Shown: positions 18,699 to 28,790 of the stretch, piece after piece
Layout of the letters: every line of letters begins with the position of its first letter
Numbering within the stretch: the first letter of the stretch is position 1
Notes under the pieces: generated by a model
The model's input: the letters and a program-made list of their open reading frames with translations, nothing else
What the model was told of the DNA's origin: nothing
Databases searched by the model: none
Program-made: the position numbers and the translations under genes
Origin: an uncultured Parachlamydiaceae bacterium
GTDB taxonomy: Bacteria > Chlamydiota > Chlamydiia > Chlamydiales > Parachlamydiaceae
Length of the DNA: 64,000 nucleotides
Direction: 5' to 3'
Assembly: GCA_963742415.1 (NCBI GenBank)
Contig: CAVULX010000002.1
Location: 160,001-224,000, forward strand

Positions 18699-18904
18699 AA
18701 TTACTTAGGAGAAACAGAGAAGAAACAGGATAAGCATGATCGTAAACGGCATGATAAGCAGGATAAAAGAAAAAACGATTTTTTTTTGAACAGTCTTAAC
18801 TTAATCATATCCGCATATTCTTACTCTTTATTCAATATCTTGCTGATCCTGCCGTTTACGATCATGCTTATCCTGTTTCTTCTCTGTGCCTAGTTACTTC
18901 GGAG
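18699..18904 (-). repeat. palindromic MITE/REP-like element, family A, full copy (inverted relative to the 31.5 and 49.0 kb copies)
   Basis: ~50 bp inverted arms (cagagaagaaacaggataagcatgatcgtaaacggc... / ...gccgtttacgatcatgcttatcctgtttcttctctg) around a ~70 bp core shared with the other copies. Confidence 0.92.
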
Positions 18905-18925
18905 TAAGTGAAATTACTGGCTAAA

Positions 18926-19627
18926 TTATTTTTGTACTTCTTCTTTGATGATGACGCCATCTTCCAATTGGTCGATTTTATCGGCAAATTGAAGAATGCG
19001 GGGGTCATGAGTGACGACGATCAAGGTAAGCTTTTGGTTTTTGACAAGACCTTTCAAGAGCTCCATGATTTTGGTGCCAGTGTGATGGTCAAGAAAGCTG
19101 GTGGGTTCATCACAGACAACAAAGCTGGGGTGGTGCACAATAGCCCGTGCAATGGCCACCCTTTGCTGCTGCCCTCCCGAAAGCTCCTGGGGAAATTTTC
19201 CCACTTTGTCGCCCATCTCAAAATCATTTAAAATCTTGCTCGCTTTTTCTAAGGCCTCCTCCCTTTTAACTCCATTCAAAAGGAGCGGGATGCTGATGTT
19301 TTCCTCTATCGTGATCGTCGGGATTAAATTAAAATTCTGAAAGACAAATCCAATATTTTCCCGGCGGAACTTTGTCTTCTCTTTGTCTGATAAATGATTT
19401 AAATTGACTCCATTGATCAAACATTCTCCCGAATCTTGTGTCAATATTCCGGCAATGACAGAAATCAAGGTTGTTTTTCCAGAACCGGAGGGACCCATCA
19501 GCAATGTGAGTTCGCCGGAATTGATCGTCAGGCTGACTCCACGCAAAGCCACCACACGGGTGTCTCCTAAGCCGTATGCTTTTACAATATTGCTGCAAAC
19601 GATAGCTTTAGTTTCTTGTGTGTCCAT
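18926..19627 (-). CDS. ABC transporter ATP-binding protein (LolD/MacB/DevA type)
   Basis: GPSGSGKT, LSGGQQQRVAIARA, DEPT and VTHD. Confidence 0.95.
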   Translation of the reverse strand: MDTQETKAIVCSNIVKAYGLGDTRVVALRGVSLTINSGELTLLMGPSGSGKTTLISVIAGILTQDSGECLINGVNLNHLSDKEKTKFRRENIGFVFQNFNLIPTITIEENISIPLLLNGVKREEALEKASKILNDFEMGDKVGKFPQELSGGQQQRVAIARAIVHHPSFVVCDEPTSFLDHHTGTKIMELLKGLVKNQKLTLIVVTHDPRILQFADKIDQLEDGVIIKEEVQK

Positions 19628-19630
19628 GCT

Positions 19631-20785
19631 TTAACTTTTGAATACGATCGCTGGGTCAACATTCACAACTTTTCGGATGCAAATGAAAGCTGCGAAGAGG
19701 GAAATGCATAAGATGGATACCATGCTGGCTAAAAAAAGCCACCAAGGCATGCTAAAAGACAATTCCGTCCCTGCCGTTAGGTACCCAAATAATGCAGCTG
19801 CCCCGATCCCAATCCCCCATCCTAAGCAGCTTACAAAAAGAGCCTGCAACAGCACCATCTTTGTCAATAAGGTGTTATCAGCTCCCATCGCCTTAAAGAT
19901 GCCGAAAAACGGAAGATTGTCCATGGTGAAGTTGTAGAGAGTTTGACCTGCAATAGATGTGCCGATGACAAACCCCAAAATGATCGCGACTCCGAAGTTA
20001 ACGAAAATCCCCGTATATCTCATATAATACTTTAAGGTCAGCCATCTCATTTGATCATGGGTATAAGCCGCAAATCCTGTAATAGAAGTGATTTTACGGG
20101 AAACCTCTTCAGGATCGAGACCAGGTTTTGAATGCGCTAAAATAAAAGAAAGCAGTTTCCTTTGGGCCGGCACGAAGGTCGTGGCCTTACCATAGGTGGT
20201 ATAGATCACGGGTTGCGACTGGAAAGTGCGCGAGACACTGCTAATGCCGACGACGACCGCTCGGTTATCATTTAATTCCATTACATCTCCTACTCTAAGC
20301 GGTATTTTGGTGCCATCTTTTAAGTAAGTAGCAAGCTTGGATTCCGCCCCTACCTGATCGACAATGACGCCCCCATCGATACGCAAGTCTTGAAGTTTTC
20401 CTTGCAACATCACGGGGGGGCCTCCAATCAGGGTTGCATCATCGATTCCGATAAATATACATGTTTGAAATGTTCCATTATGTAAACGGGCTTGAATGGT
20501 CCCTTTATAAAGGGGAACTGCCCATTCGACCCCTTCCACGCTTAGCACCCGATAAAGGTCGGTATCCTTCATGGGTTTAACATCATCTATATATTGCACG
20601 GTTGGATCGACGACCCAAATATTTGGCTGAGATGTATCGGTGATGAATCCAAAGGTACGCATAACAATACCGGTCATGATTGCAGCCTGCTGCGAGATGA
20701 TAAAGGAAGCAAAGCTAAGCCCTAGCACTATGCTGATATATTTTGCCCGATCGCCCATCATCATCTTCAAAGCAATGTAAAGCAT
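19631..20785 (-). CDS. ABC transporter permease (FtsX/MacB/DevC type)
   Basis: N-terminal TM, large periplasmic loop, three C-terminal TMs, FKAMGA and VDPAIVF. TAATG coupling to the upstream gene. Confidence 0.9.
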   Translation of the reverse strand: MLYIALKMMMGDRAKYISIVLGLSFASFIISQQAAIMTGIVMRTFGFITDTSQPNIWVVDPTVQYIDDVKPMKDTDLYRVLSVEGVEWAVPLYKGTIQARLHNGTFQTCIFIGIDDATLIGGPPVMLQGKLQDLRIDGGVIVDQVGAESKLATYLKDGTKIPLRVGDVMELNDNRAVVVGISSVSRTFQSQPVIYTTYGKATTFVPAQRKLLSFILAHSKPGLDPEEVSRKITSITGFAAYTHDQMRWLTLKYYMRYTGIFVNFGVAIILGFVIGTSIAGQTLYNFTMDNLPFFGIFKAMGADNTLLTKMVLLQALFVSCLGWGIGIGAAALFGYLTAGTELSFSMPWWLFLASMVSILCISLFAAFICIRKVVNVDPAIVFKS

Positions 20786-22269
20786 TACCAATCCCCTCCC
20801 AAGCTTTTATAGACGGCAATGAGATCTGTGGTCAAAGCCTGTTGGCTATCTGTTAAAGTGCTTACAGAATTCAGCCAAATGTCTTTAGATTGCAAGACTT
20901 GATCGTAGCCGGCAAGGCCGGATTCATACTGATCGCGGGTTAAATCATAAATTCTCTTATTTGCTTCGGCCGCAAGGGTTAAGCTTTTCTCCCGCTCTCT
21001 TTCATTAAAATAAGCTGCAAAAGCATCTTCCACCTCTTGTAAAGCAGTAACAACAGTTTTTTGAAAAGTTAAGCAGGCCTGGTTTTGGAGAGCCAGCTGC
21101 ACTTCAATTCCAGCCAAACGTTTTCCAAAATCGAAAACGGGGACGGTTAAAAGGGCGCCTATCCCCCAAATGCGAGCCGGAGAGGTGAAAAGGCGGCTTG
21201 CCGTATCTGTGGAGTATCCGATGTTAGCTCCTTGCAACGGGTTGGCTGCGAAGGAACTGCTTGAACCTGTCAAAGAGACAGAAGGATAAAGCTGTGCGAC
21301 AGCGACCCCAATTTGCTCGGTTGCGGCCGCCATGTTTCTTTCCGCGCTTCGGATGTCGTGGCGCCTGCGCAATAGATCGGCAGGCAAGCCTGCAGGTATT
21401 TTACCGCGGGCTATTGGAATTTCCCGTTTGATCGAAAAATCATCGGCAAGGGATTCGGGATCTCTACCTAAAAGGATGGCAAGAGAATAGATGCTTTGTC
21501 TCAATAATATTTGGATAGCTTTTAAGGCTGCTCTATCGGTTTCTAAATTTACGCGGATATTTTCAACATCTATTTCACTGCTCAAACCGGCAGTAAATTT
21601 GTCAGAGAGCAATTCAAAAAATTTTTCCTCATCGTCAACGATTTCCAAGGCCAAAGTTTCTCTTTTCTGGAAAGCGCAAATTTGAGCGTAGGTGCTGGCT
21701 ACTTCGCTCAAGACGATGATTTTTACATCCCGGGATGTTTCACACGTTGCTTGCCATGTATCATAAGCCGCATCAGCCGTTCGGCGCAATTTGCCGAATA
21801 GATCAAGCTCCCAAACACAATCGAAACCGATTTGGAAAAAATTCTGAATGGGTGAAATTCCTGCGGTTGCAGCGGCGGCTCTTGGCGTGCTGGCTGTTGA
21901 GGACGTTGTGAAGGCTTGGCTTGCACGAAAGCGGGAAGCTTGCGTGTCAAAGTCAAATTCGGGAAGGATTTGTGTGAATTGCATCCAATATTGAGCTCTG
22001 GCTTGATAAACCTGTTCGATGGCGATTCGATAATCGAAACTTCCCCGCGTCGCCTCATCTAAAAGCTCGTTTAGGAAGGGGTCATTAAAGATCATCCACC
22101 AGTAAAGAAAATCTTCATCATAAGGGTCATAGGTGCTCTCTTCTCTATCTTCAATATACTCTTCAACATACTCGCTGGGCATAGCAACCAAAGGTGTCTC
22201 ATAATCAGGTCCGACCTTACAACTTGTCCAGAGTAGTAATAGGGGGATAGCAAGCGAAATCCGTTTCAT
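20785..22269 (-). CDS. efflux outer membrane factor lipoprotein (NodT family)
   Basis: Lipobox TSC-KVGPDY, WWMIFNDP, WELDLFG and VYKSLGGDW. Confidence 0.92.
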   Translation of the reverse strand: MKRISLAIPLLLLWTSCKVGPDYETPLVAMPSEYVEEYIEDREESTYDPYDEDFLYWWMIFNDPFLNELLDEATRGSFDYRIAIEQVYQARAQYWMQFTQILPEFDFDTQASRFRASQAFTTSSTASTPRAAAATAGISPIQNFFQIGFDCVWELDLFGKLRRTADAAYDTWQATCETSRDVKIIVLSEVASTYAQICAFQKRETLALEIVDDEEKFFELLSDKFTAGLSSEIDVENIRVNLETDRAALKAIQILLRQSIYSLAILLGRDPESLADDFSIKREIPIARGKIPAGLPADLLRRRHDIRSAERNMAAATEQIGVAVAQLYPSVSLTGSSSSFAANPLQGANIGYSTDTASRLFTSPARIWGIGALLTVPVFDFGKRLAGIEVQLALQNQACLTFQKTVVTALQEVEDAFAAYFNEREREKSLTLAAEANKRIYDLTRDQYESGLAGYDQVLQSKDIWLNSVSTLTDSQQALTTDLIAVYKSLGGDW

Positions 22270-23213
22270 TTTTTTACGTATGACTCTATCGGTTTAGACT
22301 CGATAAAAATATCTAGTATCTGGCCGACATAAATCGGAAAATCATTTTTCTCAAAATTATATAGCACTTGCAAGACTCTGGTGTCGACCCTTTCTGTGGT
22401 TTCCCCTGTAAAGGAGCTCTTGGGGATGACATAGGGTTCAACACGTAGAAAATCCAAAGGGAAATTGAGATGGCTATTTCCCCTGACAAATCCGGTGGCA
22501 GCTGACCCTTTTTCATAGCGCCAAGCATCATCTTCGTCGATATCGATCCGCACCTGGAGAGGAGTGACTCTTCCCATTAACATTAGCGAGCCTTGAGCAG
22601 CCGTTTGCCAAGTAGATTGGGCATTAATAAAAGGGGTAATAGGGGCAATTTCACCTATGTGGATATTCACTTGCAGGATTTGGCCATCGATAGGAGCTTG
22701 AATTATAGATCTTTCAATATTGACTTGGGCTAACTCTTCGTTTGCTACCGCTACGTTTAAATTTTCTTGAGCTTCTAGGAAAGCATAATGGGTTTGTTCA
22801 TAGATTTGTTCGCTGACCGCTTTTTTATCTCTTAAGCGTAGATAGAAACTATATTGCTCCTGTTTATCCTTTAAATTAACTTTTGCTGCTGCAACGCTTG
22901 CCCGCGCAGCTTCGAGCTGTGCATTGAAATTTCTTAAATCAAGTTGGAAAAGGGGATCCCCCTTTTTAACGAAATCTCCTTCTATAACAAAAATTTTATC
23001 GATCACCTCATTGAAAGGACACCCTATCGATATATTTTGTGAAGAGGCTTCAATAATTCCTGCCCCGGCAATCGCGTGGGGATATGGAGATTTTGGCGGT
23101 GGAAAAAGGATAGGCTGAGTGGGAACCGTTCTTTGGCTCCAAATGACAACATAAATCGCAAATAAAACCCCTATAACAGAAAGTAAAGGCAAAAAATAGT
23201 GTTTGGATAGCAT
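22266..23213 (-). CDS. efflux periplasmic adaptor (HlyD/MFP family)
   Basis: Lipoyl half-motifs VIEGDFVKKGDPLFQLD and IQAPIDG; ERVDTRVLQV. Confidence 0.9.
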   Translation of the reverse strand: MLSKHYFLPLLSVIGVLFAIYVVIWSQRTVPTQPILFPPPKSPYPHAIAGAGIIEASSQNISIGCPFNEVIDKIFVIEGDFVKKGDPLFQLDLRNFNAQLEAARASVAAAKVNLKDKQEQYSFYLRLRDKKAVSEQIYEQTHYAFLEAQENLNVAVANEELAQVNIERSIIQAPIDGQILQVNIHIGEIAPITPFINAQSTWQTAAQGSLMLMGRVTPLQVRIDIDEDDAWRYEKGSAATGFVRGNSHLNFPLDFLRVEPYVIPKSSFTGETTERVDTRVLQVLYNFEKNDFPIYVGQILDIFIESKPIESYVKK

Positions 23214-23410
23214 AAAAAAATCCAAAAAATTGGAAGTAATGCAAAAGTTATCAAAAAATATTTTTATAACAAAGAAGGATCATTAAAACAGAGCTGTTTC
23301 GTGCAGCTTGAATAATGGAGACAAATTAAAAAACAATAGAAGAGTCTTCTTAATAAAAAATTAACAATTATTTATTATAATAACAATATTTAAATTAAAG
23401 ATGTTTTATT

Positions 23411-24700
23411 ATGAGTAAATTTTTGTTAATTATTATTTTTTCTTTTGTTTCTATTTCGCTGTATTCTAGTGAAAATGTAAAAAAATCCTCAAAAAAGGAA
23501 ATTTACGATTTAAAAGAAAACTGCGAATTAAATTTCAGCTCTCCAATATTTGATAGCTACTTGTCCCAAATCTCTGAGGCCGCCCAAAAAATTGATGGCT
23601 TGCCCCCTGAAATCACCTCAACTTTTTTAACCGCAGCCGATACTCCTACTGAAAAAAGGCTCATGCACAAAAATATCGTGACGACAGTGCGGGAAGCTTT
23701 GGAAAAATATCAAAATCAGGAAACGATCCACCGTATCAATGCTCTTGCAGCCTCGATTTTTACTGAAGCAAATGTGAATGATGAACATCAAAAGCTGTTA
23801 AACGAAATTGTTGATCTAAATGCAGAAGCGACTAAATCGAAGCCTATCTACCAACAAGTTAAAGAGATTTATGCGAAATTAGAGGAACGTTTCAAGCATA
23901 GCGGCTACTTTTCATCGGATAAAACAAAAAAAGACTACCTTTTGAACGGTTTTTTACCCTCGCAGATATTCTCAATAGAGAACACACATTATCTTTATAT
24001 GCCTAACCCCATCGTTGAAGATAAAAATGCCCGCATAAAAGAATTAAGTCCTCTTTTCCTAGGATATATCAACCATTTGAAAAACAGCCAAATGAAGCAC
24101 CTGTACGTCAATGTAAAAAGCATCTCCAATGAATTAGTCCAGCTTGCCCAAAGTCCTGATTATGAAAATGTGTTTGCAATGGTCTCTTTGGACCGCAGTT
24201 CTGAATTTTATTACCAAAAGAACTCATGGGCAGACAAAGATGATGCCAACGGATTCAAAGAAAATCTGAAAAGAAATCTACTAGAAAATTTTTCTCAAAG
24301 CAAAATTTTTGAAGAGCATAACTGGCATGTTGAACTGGATACTATCCTTGAAGATGTGCACGCAAAGTATTTTTATTCTTCGTCTATACTCACAAAGATG
24401 CAAAGGGGCGCTTTTATTGAGATCTCTTATGCAGAACTTGCGGCTCTTGCTTGCCGCATTTTCCAACCCAATTTTGTCAATGTCACCTGTGAATTCACCA
24501 TCGACAGAGGACCCAGCCAATTTGCGTTTATCTATTTGTACGATATCTACCAAAAACGTGGGGAACTAACCGATGAAGAACAAAGCCGCTTCCTCACCTT
24601 GCTTTTCGCATCCCCTATGATAGTTCATAATCGGACAGCGCATGATTATCGCGTTAACCGGATGATAGAAACCATCGAAGTGTTGTTTAATAAACAATAA
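23411..24700 (+). CDS. exported hypothetical protein with a CX5R motif (possible phosphatase)
   Basis: Signal peptide; C-terminal VNVT-CEFTIDR-G. Confidence 0.6.
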   Translation: MSKFLLIIIFSFVSISLYSSENVKKSSKKEIYDLKENCELNFSSPIFDSYLSQISEAAQKIDGLPPEITSTFLTAADTPTEKRLMHKNIVTTVREALEKYQNQETIHRINALAASIFTEANVNDEHQKLLNEIVDLNAEATKSKPIYQQVKEIYAKLEERFKHSGYFSSDKTKKDYLLNGFLPSQIFSIENTHYLYMPNPIVEDKNARIKELSPLFLGYINHLKNSQMKHLYVNVKSISNELVQLAQSPDYENVFAMVSLDRSSEFYYQKNSWADKDDANGFKENLKRNLLENFSQSKIFEEHNWHVELDTILEDVHAKYFYSSSILTKMQRGAFIEISYAELAALACRIFQPNFVNVTCEFTIDRGPSQFAFIYLYDIYQKRGELTDEEQSRFLTLLFASPMIVHNRTAHDYRVNRMIETIEVLFNKQ

Positions 24701-24763
24701 TGGCTGACAAAAAAGGGAAAAAGTGAAGACTGAATAGCGAAAGTAAGTTGCATTACATCCATC

Positions 24764-25828
24764 ATGAACAGAATTCCTGTAGGCATTTTAGGGGCGACGG
24801 GCATCGTCGGACAAAAATTTGTAGAATTGCTCGCCAACCACCCCTGGTTTGAAGTGGTCGCCCTGGCAGCCTCTGAGAAATCTCAGGGGAAACCCTATGG
24901 TGAAATAGCACGGTGGCGGATCTCTTCTCCACTCAATCCTGCATTGGCACGGATAATTGTCTCAGAGTGCAAACCTCCTCTTCCCTGCAAGGTTGTTTTC
25001 TCCGCTTTAGATTCAGAAGTTGCAAAGGAGATCGAAACTCTCTTTGCCGAAGCAGGCTATGCTGTCATTTCAAATTCAAGCCCCCATCGGATGGTCCCCA
25101 ACATCCCCCTATTAATCCCTGAAGTCAATAGCGACCATTTAAATTTAGTCCATTCACAACGTTTTTCTCCCGGAATGATTGTCACTAATCCCAATTGCTC
25201 TGTCATTGGGATCACAACAGCTTTAAAACCCTTGGCAGACCGGTGGGGCATTGATCAAATGCAGGTGACCACGTTGCAAGCTATTTCTGGAGCAGGCTAC
25301 CCTGGCGTTTCCAGCTTTGACATATTGGACAACGTGATCCCCTACATCGCCGGTGAAGAAGCTAAAATAGAAACAGAGCCGCTTAAAATTTTAGGAACTT
25401 ATGCAGATGAGGAGATCCGCCCCTATTCAATGAAAATAAGTGCCCAATGCAACCGCGTCCCGGTCATGGATGGGCATATGGCTTGTGTATCTGTTAAACT
25501 CAGGAGATCTGCATCGCAAGAAGATATCCTTGATGCTTGGCAGAGTTTTTCCGCTGAACCCCAAAAGCTGGATCTACCCTTGGCTCCGAAAAAGCCCATT
25601 GCCTATTTCCCCGATGAAAGGCATCCCCAGCCAAAACTTCACCGTTATGCAGATAAGGGGATGGCGATCTCCATCGGCCGTTTAAGAAAATGCCCCATAT
25701 TTGATTGGAAATTTGTTTTGTTATCCCATAATACGATTCGTGGGGCAGCTGGAGGAGCTATTTTAAATGGGGAGCTTATGGCCGTGAAGTCAATGCTATA
25801 CCCAAATAACCTGAAAAATCGGTTTTAG
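24764..25828 (+). CDS. asd: aspartate-semialdehyde dehydrogenase (archaeal/fungal/chlamydial type)
   Basis: GATGIVGQ, TNPNCS, QAISGAGYPG and SHNTIRGAAG. Confidence 0.95.
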   Translation: MNRIPVGILGATGIVGQKFVELLANHPWFEVVALAASEKSQGKPYGEIARWRISSPLNPALARIIVSECKPPLPCKVVFSALDSEVAKEIETLFAEAGYAVISNSSPHRMVPNIPLLIPEVNSDHLNLVHSQRFSPGMIVTNPNCSVIGITTALKPLADRWGIDQMQVTTLQAISGAGYPGVSSFDILDNVIPYIAGEEAKIETEPLKILGTYADEEIRPYSMKISAQCNRVPVMDGHMACVSVKLRRSASQEDILDAWQSFSAEPQKLDLPLAPKKPIAYFPDERHPQPKLHRYADKGMAISIGRLRKCPIFDWKFVLLSHNTIRGAAGGAILNGELMAVKSMLYPNNLKNRF

Positions 25829-25960
25829 GCTTAAGCGAAAGCTCTCGCGATTCGACTTTCGAAATCGACCCCATATTATAATATTGGGTCGATTCCGGAA
25901 GATCGAATCCCGAGGCTTTGGCTAAGTCTAAATCCCGATTTTTCAGGTTGTTTGGGTATA
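25797..25960. repeat. 164 bp near-perfect palindrome (family B) overlapping the asd 3' end
   Basis: tatacccaaataacctgaaaaatcgg...atcgaccccatatta|taatattgggtcgat...ccgatttttcaggttgtttgggtata; TATA at both ends. Confidence 0.9.
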
Positions 25961-25962
25961 AA

Positions 25963-26598
25963 TTAACTTTTGTTTTTCAGCTTATTATTGAGATTTTCTA
26001 ACATATCCATGGCTTCTTTCAATTTGTTAAAAGCCCCCCCATCTTCTTTCTTTTCTTGGATTGAAATCCCTTTGAGCCTAGCCATCTCGGCATTCACCAA
26101 TCGGTTGAGCGACCATCTCTTTGTCAATGTGCATGCCAAGTTAATAATTTCAATCCGATCAAAAGGTTTTTTTAAAATAAATAAATGATCGGTATTCCCG
26201 AATCGTTGAAAAATTTCTTCCCAAGAATATTTTGCATAGGCTGTACAAATAACTACTTGAATATCGGCGTCAATTTCCCAAATCCTCTCAATGGTCTGAA
26301 TCCCATCTATCCCCGGCGGCATTTGCACATCCACAAACGCAATCGCATAAGGCCTCTTCTCTTTAACTGACTTTTGCACACAATTTATCCCATCTTGCCC
26401 TTGAAAAACACAATCAATCTCAAATTGGGGAAGGCTTCCAGCCATGGTTTTTTGGTGAAAAAGATGCTGATGCATGTTTTCAAGATTTTTCTTTTGCGAA
26501 CTCTCTTCGTGAATTAATATTTTACGAAAATCCTCATGGATATCTTGTACATCGTCAATGACGAGGATGCGGAAAGTATTTTCAGCAGATGTGCTCAT
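25963..26598 (-). CDS. response regulator receiver protein with short coiled-coil tail
   Basis: ILVIDD, AFVDVQMPPGIDG, ICTAY and LKKPFD; likely start MSTSAEN at 26598. Confidence 0.9.
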   Translation of the reverse strand: MSTSAENTFRILVIDDVQDIHEDFRKILIHEESSQKKNLENMHQHLFHQKTMAGSLPQFEIDCVFQGQDGINCVQKSVKEKRPYAIAFVDVQMPPGIDGIQTIERIWEIDADIQVVICTAYAKYSWEEIFQRFGNTDHLFILKKPFDRIEIINLACTLTKRWSLNRLVNAEMARLKGISIQEKKEDGGAFNKLKEAMDMLENLNNKLKNKS

Positions 26599-28726
26599 GG
26601 CTGTCTTTGAACTCCTTATCTTTCTTATAAATTTTTGGCAATGTGAGGACAAATGTAGCCCCATGCCCTAATCCGCGGCTATGAGCCGTCAATGACCCTC
26701 CGGCTTCTTGAGCTGAAAGGGCGCTTGGATGAAGCCCATAACCATGCCCTTTCTTTTTGGTGGTATAGCCATAGGAGAAAATTCTTGTTATATCCTCTTC
26801 CTTAATTCCCAATCCATTATCACTAACTTCAATGACGATGTGATCTGGATTTTTTAGCTTAATACGCAAAACGATCTTTTTTTCTTTAGCTGTGCTTTCT
26901 AACAAGGATTCCTTGGCGTTTTTTATCAAGTTGATGATGATCTGGAATATTTTTACTTTATCGACATCGAAGGGAGGTATTTTTTCAAATTCCCTTTCGA
27001 CAATTATTCCCGATTTTTCGATGGCGTTTATAGCTAAAGCATCTTCAAGCAAAGTATGAATTTGCACTTTTTCCGCTTTTCTTGAATATCCACTGATCAT
27101 CTGTTGCATCAATACGATATCTTTAATATGTTGTATTTTATGAGTTAAAGATTCTAACTCTCGATGAAGAATGTTTTGTTCTTCTTTAAGATATTCAACA
27201 AATTGATTCAAATATTGGGGAAGTGCTCTTCCGATTTCATCTGTTTTAAGAAATTTATCCAATTCATTTTTATGATCTTCCAAACTTTGAGCCATTTTTG
27301 CTAAGCCATAAATTTGGGAATTGACACTTCTGTTCAAAAGAACTTGAGCTGAAACATTGATACTATTTAATACATTTCCAACATTATGTAATACACATGT
27401 GGCGACCTCTGCCATACCTGCTTGGCGAGAGGCTAACACAAACTTTTGATTTAATGCGTTTAATTCTTCTTCAGCACGCTTTCTTTCACTTATATCACGA
27501 AAAACAATAATGTAAAAAATGTCATCCTTTATCAAGGACTTAGATACACTTAATTCCACAGGAACATTATTTTTGTCTTTGCAAAATCCAACTAACTCCA
27601 CTAAGAGATCACTTTTTGCAAGTAATAAGGGAAGAGAAATGGGATAGACCTCTTTATCAGAGGAATCAACGTGGCCAATAAAGGAGGAGATATTTTGTGA
27701 AACCACTTCATTTTCTACACTATAATGTAAGATTTTCAAGGCAGCCCGATTGCAAATAGCGATCTCTCCCACTCCATTCAAGACCATAATCCCATCGCCT
27801 GCAGCCGTGAGAATCGCAGTGATTTTTTCTTCCTTAGCAATCGATTGTTCAGCAAGGCTAATTAAATTCTGATTCAATTTCTCCAATTCTAAACTCTTTT
27901 GCTGTAAAATTGCCTCTGTCTCTAAAAGTTTTTGGTTTTTGTTTTGAAGAGTATACATCCAAAAACGGCTGGCTACAACCGCTATCGACATGATCAAAAT
28001 GGTGGCGGCGCCTATAAAAAAAGATAAAATATCGGGGTTAATCGACTGTTGAAACTCTATTCCCATCAGAGGCATATCGTCGATAAAAACCGCCGCAGCC
28101 ATTCCCGTATAATGCATGCCGCAAACCGCAAGCCCCATGATCAAGGCGCTGCCAATTTTTAATACCCCCTGGTATTTACGCGCCCGACTACTGAATATCA
28201 TCAAACAAAGAGCCGCTTCCGAAGTGACAACTGCAATGACGATCGACAAAGCAAAAAGACTAGGGATGTAATGGATTTTTACCCCCCTCATTGCTGACAT
28301 CCCAATGTAATGCATAGTCGCAATGCCAAAACCTAACAAGACCCCGCCCAGCATTAAAGGAATCAGCTTAACTACCTCATTTTTGATTAAAAAGAAGGCA
28401 AATCCTGACGCGATAATCGCAAAAAGCATCGACAGCCCTGTCAAAAAGGGGTCATATTCCATCGGCATCGGCATGACAAACGCAAGCATGCCAATAAAAT
28501 GCATGGTCCATATCCCCATCCCCATGGCCAAAGCCCCGCCAATAAGCCACCCCAGCTTTGAACCCACAATTTGATTGGGTGTCCGGATCCGTTCTGTAAG
28601 ATCCAAAGCCACATAAGAAGCCAAGGAAGCCATGATGTACGACAACAACACAAGATACCAAGTGTAAGTGCCTTGGATCGCTGTTAATGGGATAGGCCCC
28701 CATTGAAAGAATGAACTGCTAAACAT
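26582..28726 (-). CDS. MHYT-PAS sensor histidine kinase
   Basis: MHFIGM, MHYIGM and MHYTGM repeats, PAS/PAC (FRDISERK), H-box LHNVGN, N-box NLIKNA, DNGLGI and GHGYGL. Confidence 0.92.
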   Translation of the reverse strand: MFSSSFFQWGPIPLTAIQGTYTWYLVLLSYIMASLASYVALDLTERIRTPNQIVGSKLGWLIGGALAMGMGIWTMHFIGMLAFVMPMPMEYDPFLTGLSMLFAIIASGFAFFLIKNEVVKLIPLMLGGVLLGFGIATMHYIGMSAMRGVKIHYIPSLFALSIVIAVVTSEAALCLMIFSSRARKYQGVLKIGSALIMGLAVCGMHYTGMAAAVFIDDMPLMGIEFQQSINPDILSFFIGAATILIMSIAVVASRFWMYTLQNKNQKLLETEAILQQKSLELEKLNQNLISLAEQSIAKEEKITAILTAAGDGIMVLNGVGEIAICNRAALKILHYSVENEVVSQNISSFIGHVDSSDKEVYPISLPLLLAKSDLLVELVGFCKDKNNVPVELSVSKSLIKDDIFYIIVFRDISERKRAEEELNALNQKFVLASRQAGMAEVATCVLHNVGNVLNSINVSAQVLLNRSVNSQIYGLAKMAQSLEDHKNELDKFLKTDEIGRALPQYLNQFVEYLKEEQNILHRELESLTHKIQHIKDIVLMQQMISGYSRKAEKVQIHTLLEDALAINAIEKSGIIVEREFEKIPPFDVDKVKIFQIIINLIKNAKESLLESTAKEKKIVLRIKLKNPDHIVIEVSDNGLGIKEEDITRIFSYGYTTKKKGHGYGLHPSALSAQEAGGSLTAHSRGLGHGATFVLTLPKIYKKDKEFKDSHEHIC

Positions 28727-28790
28727 TTGAACCTCTATATTGCTTAATTACAAGAATGGTCCAAAGTTGTAAATTATTTTTCCAATTATC

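Noticed and set aside
26599-26664. Longer start for the response regulator
   Set aside because: Would overlap the kinase by more than 80 bp; ATG 26598 directly precedes the receiver domain.
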